From Candidatus Caenarcanales bacterium (GTDB lineage: Bacteria > Cyanobacteriota > Vampirovibrionia > LMEP-6097), in the NCBI GenBank assembly GCA_013216135.1, contig JABSOS010000011.1, positions 30,168-94,167 of the forward strand: a DNA stretch of 64,000 nucleotides, written 5' to 3'. Below the pieces are notes generated by a model that saw only the letters and a list, made by a program, of their open reading frames with translations, was not told where the DNA came from and ran no database searches. Below, piece after piece: positions 27,618 to 37,772 of this stretch. The position numbers and the translations under genes were made by a program. How positions within the stretch are numbered: position 1 is the stretch's first letter; the number at the start of each line of letters is the position of its first letter.

Positions 27618-29039
27618 GTGGTGCAATTTCCTGCAATTAATGTAATTTCTCTAAGTTTTGTTGGTTTCTTAGTTTTAATGGTTTTAGTCGGGATGCTTTC
27701 AGCAAGTAAAGCGAAAGCAAATTCTGGTGACTATCTTCTAGCAAGTAGATCTGTTCATCCTGTTGTGATGGCATTATCGATGCTTTCTACTAACTATAGT
27801 GGTTTCATGTTTATTGGTTTTATAGGTTATACCTACAGTGTAGGTATTTCAGCTGTATGGTATATACTGACCTGGGCTTTTGGAGATTTGATCGCTTGGC
27901 TTACAATTCACAAACGACTTCGTGATAAGTCTGAAGAACAAGATTCTAATACCATTACTTCTTTTATAGGGACTGGGGAGAAAAAGAGTTTCCCAAGGTT
28001 AATTAAATTCACTTCTCTGATTAGTTTTATATTTCTTTCTGTGTACGCTGCTGCTCAATTGAAAGTTAGTAGTAAAGCTCTTCACGTAATGCTTGACTGG
28101 GATATGAACATGGGAATAGTTATCGCTGGAATAATCGTAGCTTTGTATTGTTTCTCTGGTGGGATTAGAGCTTCTATTTGGACTGATGTTGCGCAAACAA
28201 TTTTCATGTGTGCTGCAATGTTTTTAATGAGTTATATGACTGTAAGTAAGTGTGGCGGGCTTAGTGAATTGATGACATCCCTCAAAGAAATTGATCCTAA
28301 TTTAGTAAGCTTAGTTCCTGAACAAACTTTTTGGCATTTCTTGATTTTTATTATTAGTTTACTTGTAAATGGTTATGGAGTTATCGGACAACCTCACACT
28401 ATGGTAAGAGCTATGCTCATAGATGATTCAAGTAAAATGGGGAAAGCTAGAGATATCTATTTCACTCTTTACCTTATTTTTGGTATGGCAGCACTAAGTG
28501 TAGGCTTAGCTTCTAGAATTTTATTACCAGATTTAAGTTCTATAGACCCAGAGCTAACTTTACCAATTCTTGCTGAGAAAATGCTACCAGATGTACTTGT
28601 AGGTTTCATTCTCGCTGGAATATTTTCTGCTGCAGTTTCTACAGCTGACTCTCAGATTATTTCTTGCTCTGCAAGCTTAAGCCAAGACTTAGTTCCATCG
28701 ATGAAAAAGTCTTATGTGTTTTCAAAAATAGCTTCACTTTTAGTTGCTGTGATTGCGATTTGCATCGCTCTTTTCTCTGGGCAAAACGTTTTTACTTTAA
28801 CTTTGATTGCTTGGTCTTCTCTTGCAGCAAGCTTAGGTCCACTTATGGTTTTAAGATGTTTTGATTTTGAAATGGATACAAAAACTTCATCTGCAATGGT
28901 ATTTTTCTCGATATTAACTGTGATCGTTTGGCGCTTTACTTTAAATATGCCTTTTGGGATTCATGAAGTTATGCCAGCAACTTTAGTTGCAGTCTTGATT
29001 TTCTGGATTAAACCTTTCGGGATGCTGAAAAAACAGTAA
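27618..29039 (+). CDS. putP: Sodium:solute (proline-type) symporter
   Basis: SSS family: YLLASRS, SGFMFIG, GGIRASIWTD, GQPH, STADSQ, multiple TM segments. Confidence 0.8.
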   Translation: MVQFPAINVISLSFVGFLVLMVLVGMLSASKAKANSGDYLLASRSVHPVVMALSMLSTNYSGFMFIGFIGYTYSVGISAVWYILTWAFGDLIAWLTIHKRLRDKSEEQDSNTITSFIGTGEKKSFPRLIKFTSLISFIFLSVYAAAQLKVSSKALHVMLDWDMNMGIVIAGIIVALYCFSGGIRASIWTDVAQTIFMCAAMFLMSYMTVSKCGGLSELMTSLKEIDPNLVSLVPEQTFWHFLIFIISLLVNGYGVIGQPHTMVRAMLIDDSSKMGKARDIYFTLYLIFGMAALSVGLASRILLPDLSSIDPELTLPILAEKMLPDVLVGFILAGIFSAAVSTADSQIISCSASLSQDLVPSMKKSYVFSKIASLLVAVIAICIALFSGQNVFTLTLIAWSSLAASLGPLMVLRCFDFEMDTKTSSAMVFFSILTVIVWRFTLNMPFGIHEVMPATLVAVLIFWIKPFGMLKKQ

Positions 29040-29059
29040 ACTGAAGTTATAATTTAGCC

Positions 29060-29575
29060 ATGGTTTTACTAAATTCTGAAAATCTAGAGCTTGGGACTCC
29101 TTTGATTAATTTTGATCTGAAGAATATCGATGAGAACAATTTTTCTAGTAATTCTTTGAGTAAAGATATTGTTGTAATTGCTTTTATTTGTAATCACTGT
29201 CCTTACGTAATAGAGATTATTGAAGACTTTTCAAAGCTTGCCCTGAAGCTTAAAGATAGAGTGGAGTTTGTGACTATTTCTGCAAATGATCCTGATTATA
29301 GAAATGAAGATAGTTTTGAGAATATGAAACTATTTCATGAGAAATATAATTTTTCTTTTCCATATCTTTTTGACGAAAGTCAGGAGGTTGCTAAAAAGTA
29401 TCAAGCTGTTTGTACGCCTGATATCTATACTTATAAAAAGATTGATGGTGTCTATAAGCTTGCTTATCATGGGGCTTTTGAATATTTAGAAGAGAATATT
29501 TTGAAACTTGAAGCTGGTGAAACTCAGTTGAAAGAAGAGAAGCCAAGTATTGGTTGTTCTATTAAGTGGAAGTGA
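29060..29575 (+). CDS. Thioredoxin-like (AhpC/TSA) protein
   Basis: FICNHCPYV, FPYLFDESQEVAK, CTPD, SIGCSIKWK. Confidence 0.9.
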   Translation: MVLLNSENLELGTPLINFDLKNIDENNFSSNSLSKDIVVIAFICNHCPYVIEIIEDFSKLALKLKDRVEFVTISANDPDYRNEDSFENMKLFHEKYNFSFPYLFDESQEVAKKYQAVCTPDIYTYKKIDGVYKLAYHGAFEYLEENILKLEAGETQLKEEKPSIGCSIKWK

Positions 29576-29597
29576 TTTTTAAAAGTAGAAGAGAATT

Positions 29598-31505
29598 ATG
29601 GAAGAGGTTTTAACAGTAAAAGCTAATATTAATGAAAATGATCTTAAGGCTTTAAATAGTAGTTTTGATAATGATTATTTAGGGACTTGGGCTAACCTTG
29701 CAAAGGAAAATATTTTCTTTAAAGAGACTTTTAATGAAATTTTAGATGAGAGTGATAAACCACATTATAAGTGGTTTTTAGGTGGCAAGACTAATATATC
29801 TTATAACTGTTTAGATGTTCATTTGAAAGATAAAGCTAATAAAACAGCTTTGATCTTTGAGGATGAGCTGGGTGAAGCTCAAACACTAACTTATAAAGAG
29901 CTTCATGAAAAAGTTGTAAAGTTCAGTGCTTATTTACGTGATTTAGGTATTAGAAAAGGTGACAGGATTTGCATCTATATGTCACTATGTCCTGAGTCTA
30001 TAATTGCTATACAGGCATGTTTAAGAATCGGAGCTATTCATAGTGTGGTTTTTGCAGGATTTTCAGCACATGCTCTTAGAGATAGAATCAATGAACTTGA
30101 AGCAAAGCTTTTGATCACTCAAAATGCTTTTATTCGAAGAAATAAAAAAGTTGAACTTTTTAAGTTTGCCCGCGAAGCTTTAACTGAGAATCAATCAGTG
30201 ACAGACTTGATTTTGTTTGATCGCGTTACTGGAGATACTGAATTAGATGAAGATACGAATGCTCTTAAAAAATCTTTAGATATAAAAATTCATAAACCTA
30301 TTCAAGATTTACTTGCTGATAAGTATGCTGATATTCAAAATTTGACAACTCTTGAGCCAGAGTGGCTTGAAAGTAACGAAACGTCTTTTATCCTTTATAC
30401 AAGCGGTAGTACAGGTAAACCTAAAGGTATAGAGCATGGTACATCTGGTTATATTCTCTGGGCAAAGCTAAGTACTAACTGGGTTTTTGATCTGAAAGAT
30501 GAAGATGTTTATTGGTGTACAGCTGATATAGGTTGGATTACAGGACACACTTATGTAACTTATGGTCCACTAGCAAATGGTGCAACTCAAGTTATTTATG
30601 AAGGTGCTCCTAATTTTCCTGATAAAAATCAATTCTGGAATTTAATTGAAAAGTATAAAGTAAGTATTTTTTACACTGCACCTACTGCGATTAGAGCTTT
30701 TGAACAGTGGGGCTTAGAGCATATTGAGAAGCATGATTTAAGTTCACTTAGGCTTTTAGGTTCTGTAGGTGAGCCTATAGGCTCTGAGACTTGGAAGTGG
30801 TTTTATGAAAATATTGGTAAAAGTAAGTGCCCTATTGTAGATACTTGGTGGCAGACAGAAACAGGGGGGATTATGATTTCTACTTTACCTGGAGTGCAAA
30901 CTGCAAAGCCTGGGATCGCTGGACCAGCTTTACCTGGAATTCATGCTGAGATTTCTGAGGATTCTCTTCTTCATATTTCTAAGCCATGGCCTTCAATGCT
31001 TAAAGGAATTTATAAAAATCCAGAGAGATACAAAAAAGCTTATTGGTCTTTGATTGAAGATTCATACTTGCCAGGTGACTTAGCAACTATTGATGAGGAT
31101 TCCTATATCTGTATCGGTGGTAGAAATGATGATGTTATTAATATTTCTGGTCACAGACTAGGAACTGCTGAAATTGAAACAGCTCTTGCAAAGCATGTAT
31201 CTGTCTTAGAGTCTGCCGTGGTAGCTATTCCTCATAAGATTAAAGGTCAAGGACTAGTTTGTTTTGTGGTATCAAACAATAATTCAGGTGATTTGTCTAA
31301 TTTACTTACAGCTCATATTGCTAGTGAAATAGGGGCACATGCAAAACCTGAAAGAGTAATAGCTTGTGCTGCTTTGCCTAAAACTAGATCTGGTAAAGTT
31401 ATGAGACGACTTTTACAAGATTTAGCTCAAGGTAAAGATATAAGTGGAGATATCTCTACGCTTGAAGATAAAAGTGTTTTAGAGGCTATAAAGTCCAGAA
31501 TATAA
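29598..31505 (+). CDS. acs: Acetyl-CoA synthetase
   Basis: YTSGSTGKPKG, DTWWQTETGG, PKTRSGKVMRR. Confidence 0.95.
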   Translation: MEEVLTVKANINENDLKALNSSFDNDYLGTWANLAKENIFFKETFNEILDESDKPHYKWFLGGKTNISYNCLDVHLKDKANKTALIFEDELGEAQTLTYKELHEKVVKFSAYLRDLGIRKGDRICIYMSLCPESIIAIQACLRIGAIHSVVFAGFSAHALRDRINELEAKLLITQNAFIRRNKKVELFKFAREALTENQSVTDLILFDRVTGDTELDEDTNALKKSLDIKIHKPIQDLLADKYADIQNLTTLEPEWLESNETSFILYTSGSTGKPKGIEHGTSGYILWAKLSTNWVFDLKDEDVYWCTADIGWITGHTYVTYGPLANGATQVIYEGAPNFPDKNQFWNLIEKYKVSIFYTAPTAIRAFEQWGLEHIEKHDLSSLRLLGSVGEPIGSETWKWFYENIGKSKCPIVDTWWQTETGGIMISTLPGVQTAKPGIAGPALPGIHAEISEDSLLHISKPWPSMLKGIYKNPERYKKAYWSLIEDSYLPGDLATIDEDSYICIGGRNDDVINISGHRLGTAEIETALAKHVSVLESAVVAIPHKIKGQGLVCFVVSNNNSGDLSNLLTAHIASEIGAHAKPERVIACAALPKTRSGKVMRRLLQDLAQGKDISGDISTLEDKSVLEAIKSRI

Positions 31506-31568
31506 ATTAATTTAACACTTGCACGTATTATCTTGCACCGATGCACCAAGTTAAGATAATATTGAATC

Positions 31569-34500
31569 ATGGTTAAATTAGCACCATTTAAATATTCACA
31601 TTTCAAATCATCGAATGTTTTGTTTCCTAATCAAATAAGATTAGATAAGAATACAGTGCCGGGAGATAGGAAACAGCTCGCTGATTTTAGTAGTTTCTTT
31701 GGTCCAAATAGTAAAGATTTTATAAGTGTACATGGTGCAGGGCAACTAAGTGGGACTGATAGAAAGGAATGGAGAGAAGATAAACTGGATATATTATCCG
31801 ATTTTCTAAGTCAGGATTTAGAAGTTTCAGATAAGTTTAACCCAAATGATTTTTCATTTAATGTTCTTTCTTCAGATACTGTCCTAGGGAAAATAAAGGC
31901 TAAAAATGGATCAAAAGAAATGTTAGCTGTAATTCCAGAAGATCGATTTACAAGAAACCTTACTCTTTTTGATGAACAAACACATACTACCTATGAATTA
32001 AGTTTTCGTCATCCGGCTATTCCATTAATTACAAATAATTTGAATCGAGCAATTGAGGTATTTAATGAAGGAGATAAAAGTCCTGTCATTTCCACTCTTT
32101 TAGAGAACATAAATAAATCAAAAAATAAAGAGATTATTGAGGTTCCATATGATCAAGCGACTCAAGATTCTGCTTTGATTTTTAATCAAATAGTTTCTAA
32201 AAAACATCAAGCTAAGGTTCTAGAGAGAATGTTTAATAGGATTTTAAATGTATTAGATAAAGTACCAAAAGGTGAGCATGAAGATTTAAGTAAAGTCCTA
32301 CTCAGTGGTATTGAGAAATTCCCTTTTAATATTAATGAATTAGCTAAAACTGGTTCAAAGCAAAATAAAATTTTTAATAAACTAGCTGAAATAACTAAAA
32401 ATACAGGTGCGAATATTATTTTGGTAAATCTCTTAGCTAAAAATAAAGGTGAGCTAAAGGATTCTCTCCTGGATAATTTTTCTAAACTATTAAAGGTCGA
32501 CCAATCTGCTAGTTTAGAAGTAAGAGAAGATAAATTTATTGAATTGATGAAAGCTCTTGACTTTAATAAACTAAATTTGTCTATTATAGAATCACTAACA
32601 GAACTAGAAAAATATTTTTTTGACTCATCTGAAAATAAATCTCATACTGATAAGTATAAGATTATTAAAGGTGAATTATTTCAAAATTCAAGATCCCAGA
32701 TATTAAATCAGCTTCAAACCATAGATGCACAAACATCATTGAAATATTTAAATAAAATCAAATTACTTTCTCCAAACTCTGCATCTGAAATTTATCATGA
32801 CTTGCTTACATCAAATATATTTCGAGTAGAAAATGAAAATGTTAATAATGGTGTAAACAATAATTCCACAGTTGAATTTTTCAAACTTTTACAGTCTTAC
32901 TGTACTTTTGAAAATCATGAAGCCTCTCCTTTTAAGGATCAGGAAGTCAGGAGTAAATTCCTTATAAATTTAAATACTCAGCTCAAACAAAATCCAGATT
33001 CTTTGACTGTGCACGACATAGATGTGGCATTTCAATGCTTAGATAAAATTTTTTCTGATTTTGATTTTAGTGAAGATGAAAAGCGGTCTTATGAAAATTC
33101 TTTACAGGATTTTATTTTTAAGAAAAATATCACTCAGCAAGATATTTTTTTTATAGACCGTGAATCTAACTTTAATAGTAACTTCTTTAGAAATAAATCT
33201 GGCTTACCTCTGCTTATAAAAGCTATAGACAATGGTGATCTTTGGCGTGGGACAAATTCAATTTATAAAAAAGGATTCGTCACAGATATGTTGTACCGTC
33301 TTGATAGTTTTAAAGACGAAGATTCCTTAAAAGTGTTTATTGAGAAAGCAAAAAAAGCTATAAAACACGATACTTCTAAGGCTTATCTCGATAGCTTATT
33401 ACTAGCAAAACAGCTTTTGAAGAATAGTGTAACCAATCATGACGTTAAATCTTTGGCTACTAATGCTAAAGATAAATTGCAATTAAATTCAATTCTTGAA
33501 ATGCTTTCATTGCTGAGTCAAAAATTTAGCCCTGAAGATATACAAGAATTAGACAATATAATGTTTGAAAAACTTTTAGAAGATGAGACTAAGCCTCTAG
33601 CTAAAATCGAAGATTTAGAAATTAAATCTAATTATACAAACCCTAATCGGTATATTAATCAGGAAATCCACACTCTTGCAGTTGCAAAGGAAATTGGGCT
33701 TAACAAGACTTCAATGATCAGTAATTTAAGGTTATGGAATGAGTTGAATTTGAAAAATGAAATTACCTCATTTAACGGTAATCACAGAAGACTTATTGAA
33801 TTTTTAGTAGATAACTTTGAAGAAGATAAGGGGAGTTCTGATTTTAAAGAGATCTTAGCTCAAATTAATAATTCAGGCGTTATTAATGATTCACTAGTGA
33901 GTGCTTTATTAAGATCTCAACTTGCTGAAAGTTCAAGTGATGCTCATCAAATATTAAATGCTACAGCTTTAGATAAATTTACAAATATGTCTTTATTGAC
34001 CGTTGAAGTCAATAAGCAAGAGGAGAGTAGGTTTGCTTTAGATTTAGATCTAGATAGACTTACAGAGATTTTGAAAAATAGTGATCCTTCAGAAAATGAT
34101 ATATTATTTTTTTCTTCGATACTTTTTAATGAAAATTTCAACAGCAGCTTTCAAGATTGTTACCAGAGTGAGAGTAGAGAATTTAGTTTCGGAAAAAAAC
34201 TCGATGAAAAGATCGAGAGCTTACCAAAAGAATTAAAAGCTATAGTTAATTTACAAAAAGAATTTACAAAAATTAAACATGCAGGTGATGCTGACTCTTT
34301 TATTAATGAGAGTATTAAGGATTTTAAACAATATGCAAATGAAATTTATAAAAATAATGAAATACCAAAATCCGTTAAAAATATATTAAAAGAGCTTATA
34401 AAAAGAGATGTTCATCAAATTCTAGACACTTTTTCAAGTAATATTCAAGAAACTATAGACTCTAAGCTTAATGATGAGAATAAATTAATGAAGTTAAATC

Positions 34501-34790
34501 AAAAGTTTAGCTTTTTAATTAAAAACCTTGAAATTCTAAAAGGTGCATCTGAAGTACCAAGGATGGAAATTGCTTTAGACCTAGATGATTTAAAAGGACT
34601 AAAATTAGGTTTAGAAGACTTGATTAAAGTAATCGATTTTCAAATTGATTATGATCATAGACTTAATGATTTAACGCCTGAACGTTACAGTCAATCTGAG
34701 GCTGATCTTGGTAAATTTGTAAATAGACATAGTCAGAATGAAATTTTCTCTAAAATGATTAATGATTTCTCAAATTCGAATTTTATCTAA
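31569..34790 (+). CDS. Large orphan helical protein (1073 aa)
   Basis: Long ORF rich in K/N/L/S/E with no recognisable motif. TAATAT lies 6 nt before the ATG. Confidence 0.65.
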   Translation: MVKLAPFKYSHFKSSNVLFPNQIRLDKNTVPGDRKQLADFSSFFGPNSKDFISVHGAGQLSGTDRKEWREDKLDILSDFLSQDLEVSDKFNPNDFSFNVLSSDTVLGKIKAKNGSKEMLAVIPEDRFTRNLTLFDEQTHTTYELSFRHPAIPLITNNLNRAIEVFNEGDKSPVISTLLENINKSKNKEIIEVPYDQATQDSALIFNQIVSKKHQAKVLERMFNRILNVLDKVPKGEHEDLSKVLLSGIEKFPFNINELAKTGSKQNKIFNKLAEITKNTGANIILVNLLAKNKGELKDSLLDNFSKLLKVDQSASLEVREDKFIELMKALDFNKLNLSIIESLTELEKYFFDSSENKSHTDKYKIIKGELFQNSRSQILNQLQTIDAQTSLKYLNKIKLLSPNSASEIYHDLLTSNIFRVENENVNNGVNNNSTVEFFKLLQSYCTFENHEASPFKDQEVRSKFLINLNTQLKQNPDSLTVHDIDVAFQCLDKIFSDFDFSEDEKRSYENSLQDFIFKKNITQQDIFFIDRESNFNSNFFRNKSGLPLLIKAIDNGDLWRGTNSIYKKGFVTDMLYRLDSFKDEDSLKVFIEKAKKAIKHDTSKAYLDSLLLAKQLLKNSVTNHDVKSLATNAKDKLQLNSILEMLSLLSQKFSPEDIQELDNIMFEKLLEDETKPLAKIEDLEIKSNYTNPNRYINQEIHTLAVAKEIGLNKTSMISNLRLWNELNLKNEITSFNGNHRRLIEFLVDNFEEDKGSSDFKEILAQINNSGVINDSLVSALLRSQLAESSSDAHQILNATALDKFTNMSLLTVEVNKQEESRFALDLDLDRLTEILKNSDPSENDILFFSSILFNENFNSSFQDCYQSESREFSFGKKLDEKIESLPKELKAIVNLQKEFTKIKHAGDADSFINESIKDFKQYANEIYKNNEIPKSVKNILKELIKRDVHQILDTFSSNIQETIDSKLNDENKLMKLNQKFSFLIKNLEILKGASEVPRMEIALDLDDLKGLKLGLEDLIKVIDFQIDYDHRLNDLTPERYSQSEADLGKFVNRHSQNEIFSKMINDFSNSNFI

Positions 34791-34845
34791 GAAATTAGGT
34801 TATTTTAGCTATCTTCACCTTAAATATTTTATACTTAAATCCATA

Positions 34846-35802
34846 ATGTCTATTCACGGTTACGCTTTCTTAGAAAAAGACTTTGTTAAATTTGAGGACG
34901 CAAAGGTTAGCGTCATGACTCATGCTTTTTTATATGGAACTGCTGTCTTTGAAGGGATTAGAGCTTACTGGAATGCTGAAAAGAAGACTCTGAACCTTTT
35001 ACAAGCTCGTCCTCATTTAGAGAGACTAGTGAATAGCTGTAAGGTACTTAGAATGAACCCCTACTATAACGTTGATGAGATGCTTGAAAGAGTTATTGAG
35101 TTAATGAAAAGAAATAAGCCTGAAACAGATGCTTATATTAGACCGAGCTGGTTTAAATCTTCACTTAGAATCGGTCCTTCTCTTATAGGGAAAACCGCTG
35201 AAAGTGAAGAGGATGAATCTTTTGTTATAACTTCTCTTGATTTAGGTAACTATTTAGATGTTACTAAAGGACTTAGAGTTCAGGTTAGTAGCTGGAGGCG
35301 AGTTTCAGACAATGCTTTACCACCAAGAGCAAAAATAAATGGGAGCTATGTTAATACTGCTCTTGCTAAAGCAAATTCTACTTTAGCTGGTTATGATGAT
35401 TCAATCTTTTTAACAGAAGAAGGGTATGTTTCTGAAGGCTCTGCGATGAATTTATTTTTAGTGAAAGGTGAAAAACTTATTACGCCTTTAGCTTCCGATA
35501 ATATTCTAGAAGGAATTACTAGAGCATTTATTATTCGTCTAGCGAAAGAAGAACTAGGTTTAGAAGTAGAAACTAGGCAGATTAGTAGATCTGAACTTTA
35601 TACTGCTGATGAGGCTTTCTTTGCTGGTACTGGCGCTCAGATAGCCCCAATAGGATCAATCGATGATTATGTCCTTGGTGATGGTAAATGTGGTGAGATT
35701 ACAAAAAAACTCCAAGGCATCCATAAATCGGTTTGCCTTGGAGAAAATGAAAAGTATGCAGACCAGCTTATTACGGTTGAATACTCAATTCAAGTTGTTT
35801 AG
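34846..35802 (+). CDS. ilvE: Branched-chain amino acid aminotransferase (start moved to 34846)
   Basis: YGTAVFEGIRAY, YIRP, AKINGSY, EGSAMN, LEGITR, ADEAFFAGT. Confidence 0.95.
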   Translation: MSIHGYAFLEKDFVKFEDAKVSVMTHAFLYGTAVFEGIRAYWNAEKKTLNLLQARPHLERLVNSCKVLRMNPYYNVDEMLERVIELMKRNKPETDAYIRPSWFKSSLRIGPSLIGKTAESEEDESFVITSLDLGNYLDVTKGLRVQVSSWRRVSDNALPPRAKINGSYVNTALAKANSTLAGYDDSIFLTEEGYVSEGSAMNLFLVKGEKLITPLASDNILEGITRAFIIRLAKEELGLEVETRQISRSELYTADEAFFAGTGAQIAPIGSIDDYVLGDGKCGEITKKLQGIHKSVCLGENEKYADQLITVEYSIQVV

Positions 35803-35922
35803 AGTTATTTAATACCCTCAACTTCTGCGTTTTACTCATCCTCAAAATGCTCATGTACGGTATCGTACACTGCGCTTTTTCGTCTTCGTAAGCCTTGAAT
35901 TTGAGGCTCTTAAACACCTCTA
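35800..35922. repeat. RPE (Rickettsia palindromic element)-like miniature palindromic repeat
   Basis: Termini TAGAGTTATTTAA / TTAAACACCTCTA (11/13 inverted match), inner IR CCTCAACTTC/GAATTTGAGG, core AAATGCTCATGTAC...GTACACTGCGCTTTT. Confidence 0.65.
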
Positions 35923-35938
35923 TTTACTAGAGGTTGGC

Positions 35939-36078
35939 AGGTTGGTTGGAGACCACTCTCAAGAACTTAAACTACTCGGAAAAGAATTTTATCCTAATTT
36001 CCCATGTGTGCGTAGAGCCATATTTAGTTTTAAGTCCAAGCTAGCAATCATCTTGAGAGATTTGTTTCCAACTTACCT
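35939..36078 (+). ncRNA. Candidate rod-like structured RNA
   Basis: Stems 35939-53/36064-78, 35956-64/36051-59 and 35965-73/36026-35. G-U pairs favour the + strand. Followed by a hairpin at 36092-36115. Confidence 0.4.
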
Positions 36079-36113
36079 ATCGTGCAGCGTCAAGGCACTC
36101 TTGTGAGAGTTCC

Positions 36114-36383
36114 TTAGCAAGGTCTATTCAAAGATAGCCCAACTGCCATGTTCTTAAGGAAGTGGATGTTTGCTTTTACTTCCTCATTTTTATGTTGAAT
36201 TTGCATTTCTGATTGTTTTCCGTCCTCTAATTTCAAAATAAGCAAATTCATGCTTTTCAGAAGCAAGCAATAAGAATTCAAAAGTGCAGAATACTCTTCA
36301 CTCAGCTCCTCCTTCCCTAAGTTCATTTTAGTCAGAGCATCAGATAGACTTGCACTTAGCTGTGCCATCTTACTTGAGCTCAT
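36114..36383 (-). CDS. Small hypothetical protein
   Basis: 89-aa helical ORF downstream of the PRC-barrel gene. Confidence 0.45.
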   Translation of the reverse strand: MSSSKMAQLSASLSDALTKMNLGKEELSEEYSALLNSYCLLLKSMNLLILKLEDGKQSEMQIQHKNEEVKANIHFLKNMAVGLSLNRPC

Positions 36384-36421
36384 CTTGTTAATACAAGTAC
36401 TTCGAATATAAAATTTTATAG

Positions 36422-37198
36422 CTATTTTATACTTGCGTCTAACTTTTCGAAGTTATCTGAACTAGTTTCAGACCTTATGAACTTGCCTTCGTAGTCATAA
36501 AGTTTAAGAACATACTCTCTATTTACAGGTTCATTGGGGTCATATTTTGGGCAAGAATCAAGATCTTGAGAGCTAAAATTGATTTCTATAGCTGTATCAT
36601 CTTCTGCCCAAGCACTTACATGATGTGTAGCCATTAATACGTTACCATAAGGTAATATACCGTTAGTATCTATAATTAAAAATTTAATAGTCCAGGTATC
36701 AGTATCTACTATAAAGTCTTTAACTATACCTGCTTCTTTGTCGCTTGCCTTTACAGTTCTGCCTTTAATTGCTTTAGTACATCTAAGGTTAGGATCACCT
36801 ATTTCAGTGAGTACTTTATCGTCATTTTTATGAAGCTGGGGAATCCACAGTGGGAGTATGCTTCCACTCCAAGGCTCAGCTAAATATAGTGAGTTTAAGT
36901 TTTTATCTCTTAATAATTCATGTTGGTCAGAGACTGGTAAGTCGTTGTTGTAAGGTTTTGCTGATTTGATTTGTTCTTTACTCAAATCAATTTTTAAAGA
37001 TTCATCTAACCAAGATAAATCATGAGCATCAGTAGGGAGAAGTAAAACTCTTTCTGAACTGAAAAAATCAACGATATCTGTAACTAGATATTTTACTTTC
37101 CAGTTACTTGAATCAAAATGTAATGATTCTAAAAAACCTATCTCGCCATCTTGAGCTGCGATATTAAAACCAGTAAAACTATTTACACTTCTTAACAT
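36422..37198 (-). CDS. PRC-barrel domain protein (two barrels)
   Basis: AQDGEIG...WKVKYLV and ASDKEAG.VKDFIVDTDTWTIKFLIIDT. Confidence 0.85.
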   Translation of the reverse strand: MLRSVNSFTGFNIAAQDGEIGFLESLHFDSSNWKVKYLVTDIVDFFSSERVLLLPTDAHDLSWLDESLKIDLSKEQIKSAKPYNNDLPVSDQHELLRDKNLNSLYLAEPWSGSILPLWIPQLHKNDDKVLTEIGDPNLRCTKAIKGRTVKASDKEAGIVKDFIVDTDTWTIKFLIIDTNGILPYGNVLMATHHVSAWAEDDTAIEINFSSQDLDSCPKYDPNEPVNREYVLKLYDYEGKFIRSETSSDNFEKLDASIK

Positions 37199-37277
37199 AT
37201 ATTAATTATAGTCAATATTTGTCGTCTTTAACGTTAAATAGTCTTTAAATCACAGTTTTTGAAAATTACACAGATTC

Positions 37278-37335
37278 GTTTTGAGAATCATTCTCAAAAC
37301 CTGTCCCTGAGGCAATTAAGAATGATTCTCAATTG
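37278..37335. promoter_or_regulatory. Two Fur-family-like boxes between the PRC gene and ferredoxin
   Basis: GTTTTGAGAATCATTCTCAAAAC (37278-37300) and CAATTAAGAATGATTCTCAATTG (37313-35). Confidence 0.7.
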
Positions 37336-37425
37336 TATGTGGCTTAACCCTTTCTTGATATTATCAGTGTAAGTTGATTGAAAGAAGGTTAACTTCTTGT
37401 TAGCCCTAATTAAAGGAGAAAAATT

Positions 37426-37650
37426 ATGCCATATACTATCGTTTCTGAAGTTTGTGAAGGTGCAGCAGATTGTATTCCTGTATGTCCTGTAGATTGTATC
37501 CACTGGGCTGAAGGTAAGACTAACGCTAACGGTCACAAATACCCATATATAGACTTTTCAACTTGCATCGATTGTGGTGCTTGTTTGTCTGCATGCCCTG
37601 TTGAAGGTGCAATTCTTGATGAAGAAAAGCCAGAATTACAGTTAGTTTAA
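37426..37650 (+). CDS. 4Fe-4S (7Fe/8Fe-type) ferredoxin
   Basis: CEGAADCIPVCPVDC and CIDCGACLSACP. SD AAAGGAG. Confidence 0.93.
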   Translation: MPYTIVSEVCEGAADCIPVCPVDCIHWAEGKTNANGHKYPYIDFSTCIDCGACLSACPVEGAILDEEKPELQLV

Positions 37651-37674
37651 TAATTTAATTGTAAATGTATTTTT

Positions 37675-37707
37675 AAAAGGACTCACTTTATAGTGGGTCC
37701 TTTTTTT
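37675..37707 (+). terminator. Intrinsic terminator
   Basis: AAAAGGACTCACTTTATAGTGGGTCCTTTTTTT. Confidence 0.88.
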
Positions 37708-37772
37708 GTGTCTTTTACAATTTTGTATTAGTGATCTTGGTGCATAAAGTATAATTTTGGGATGAGTTTATT

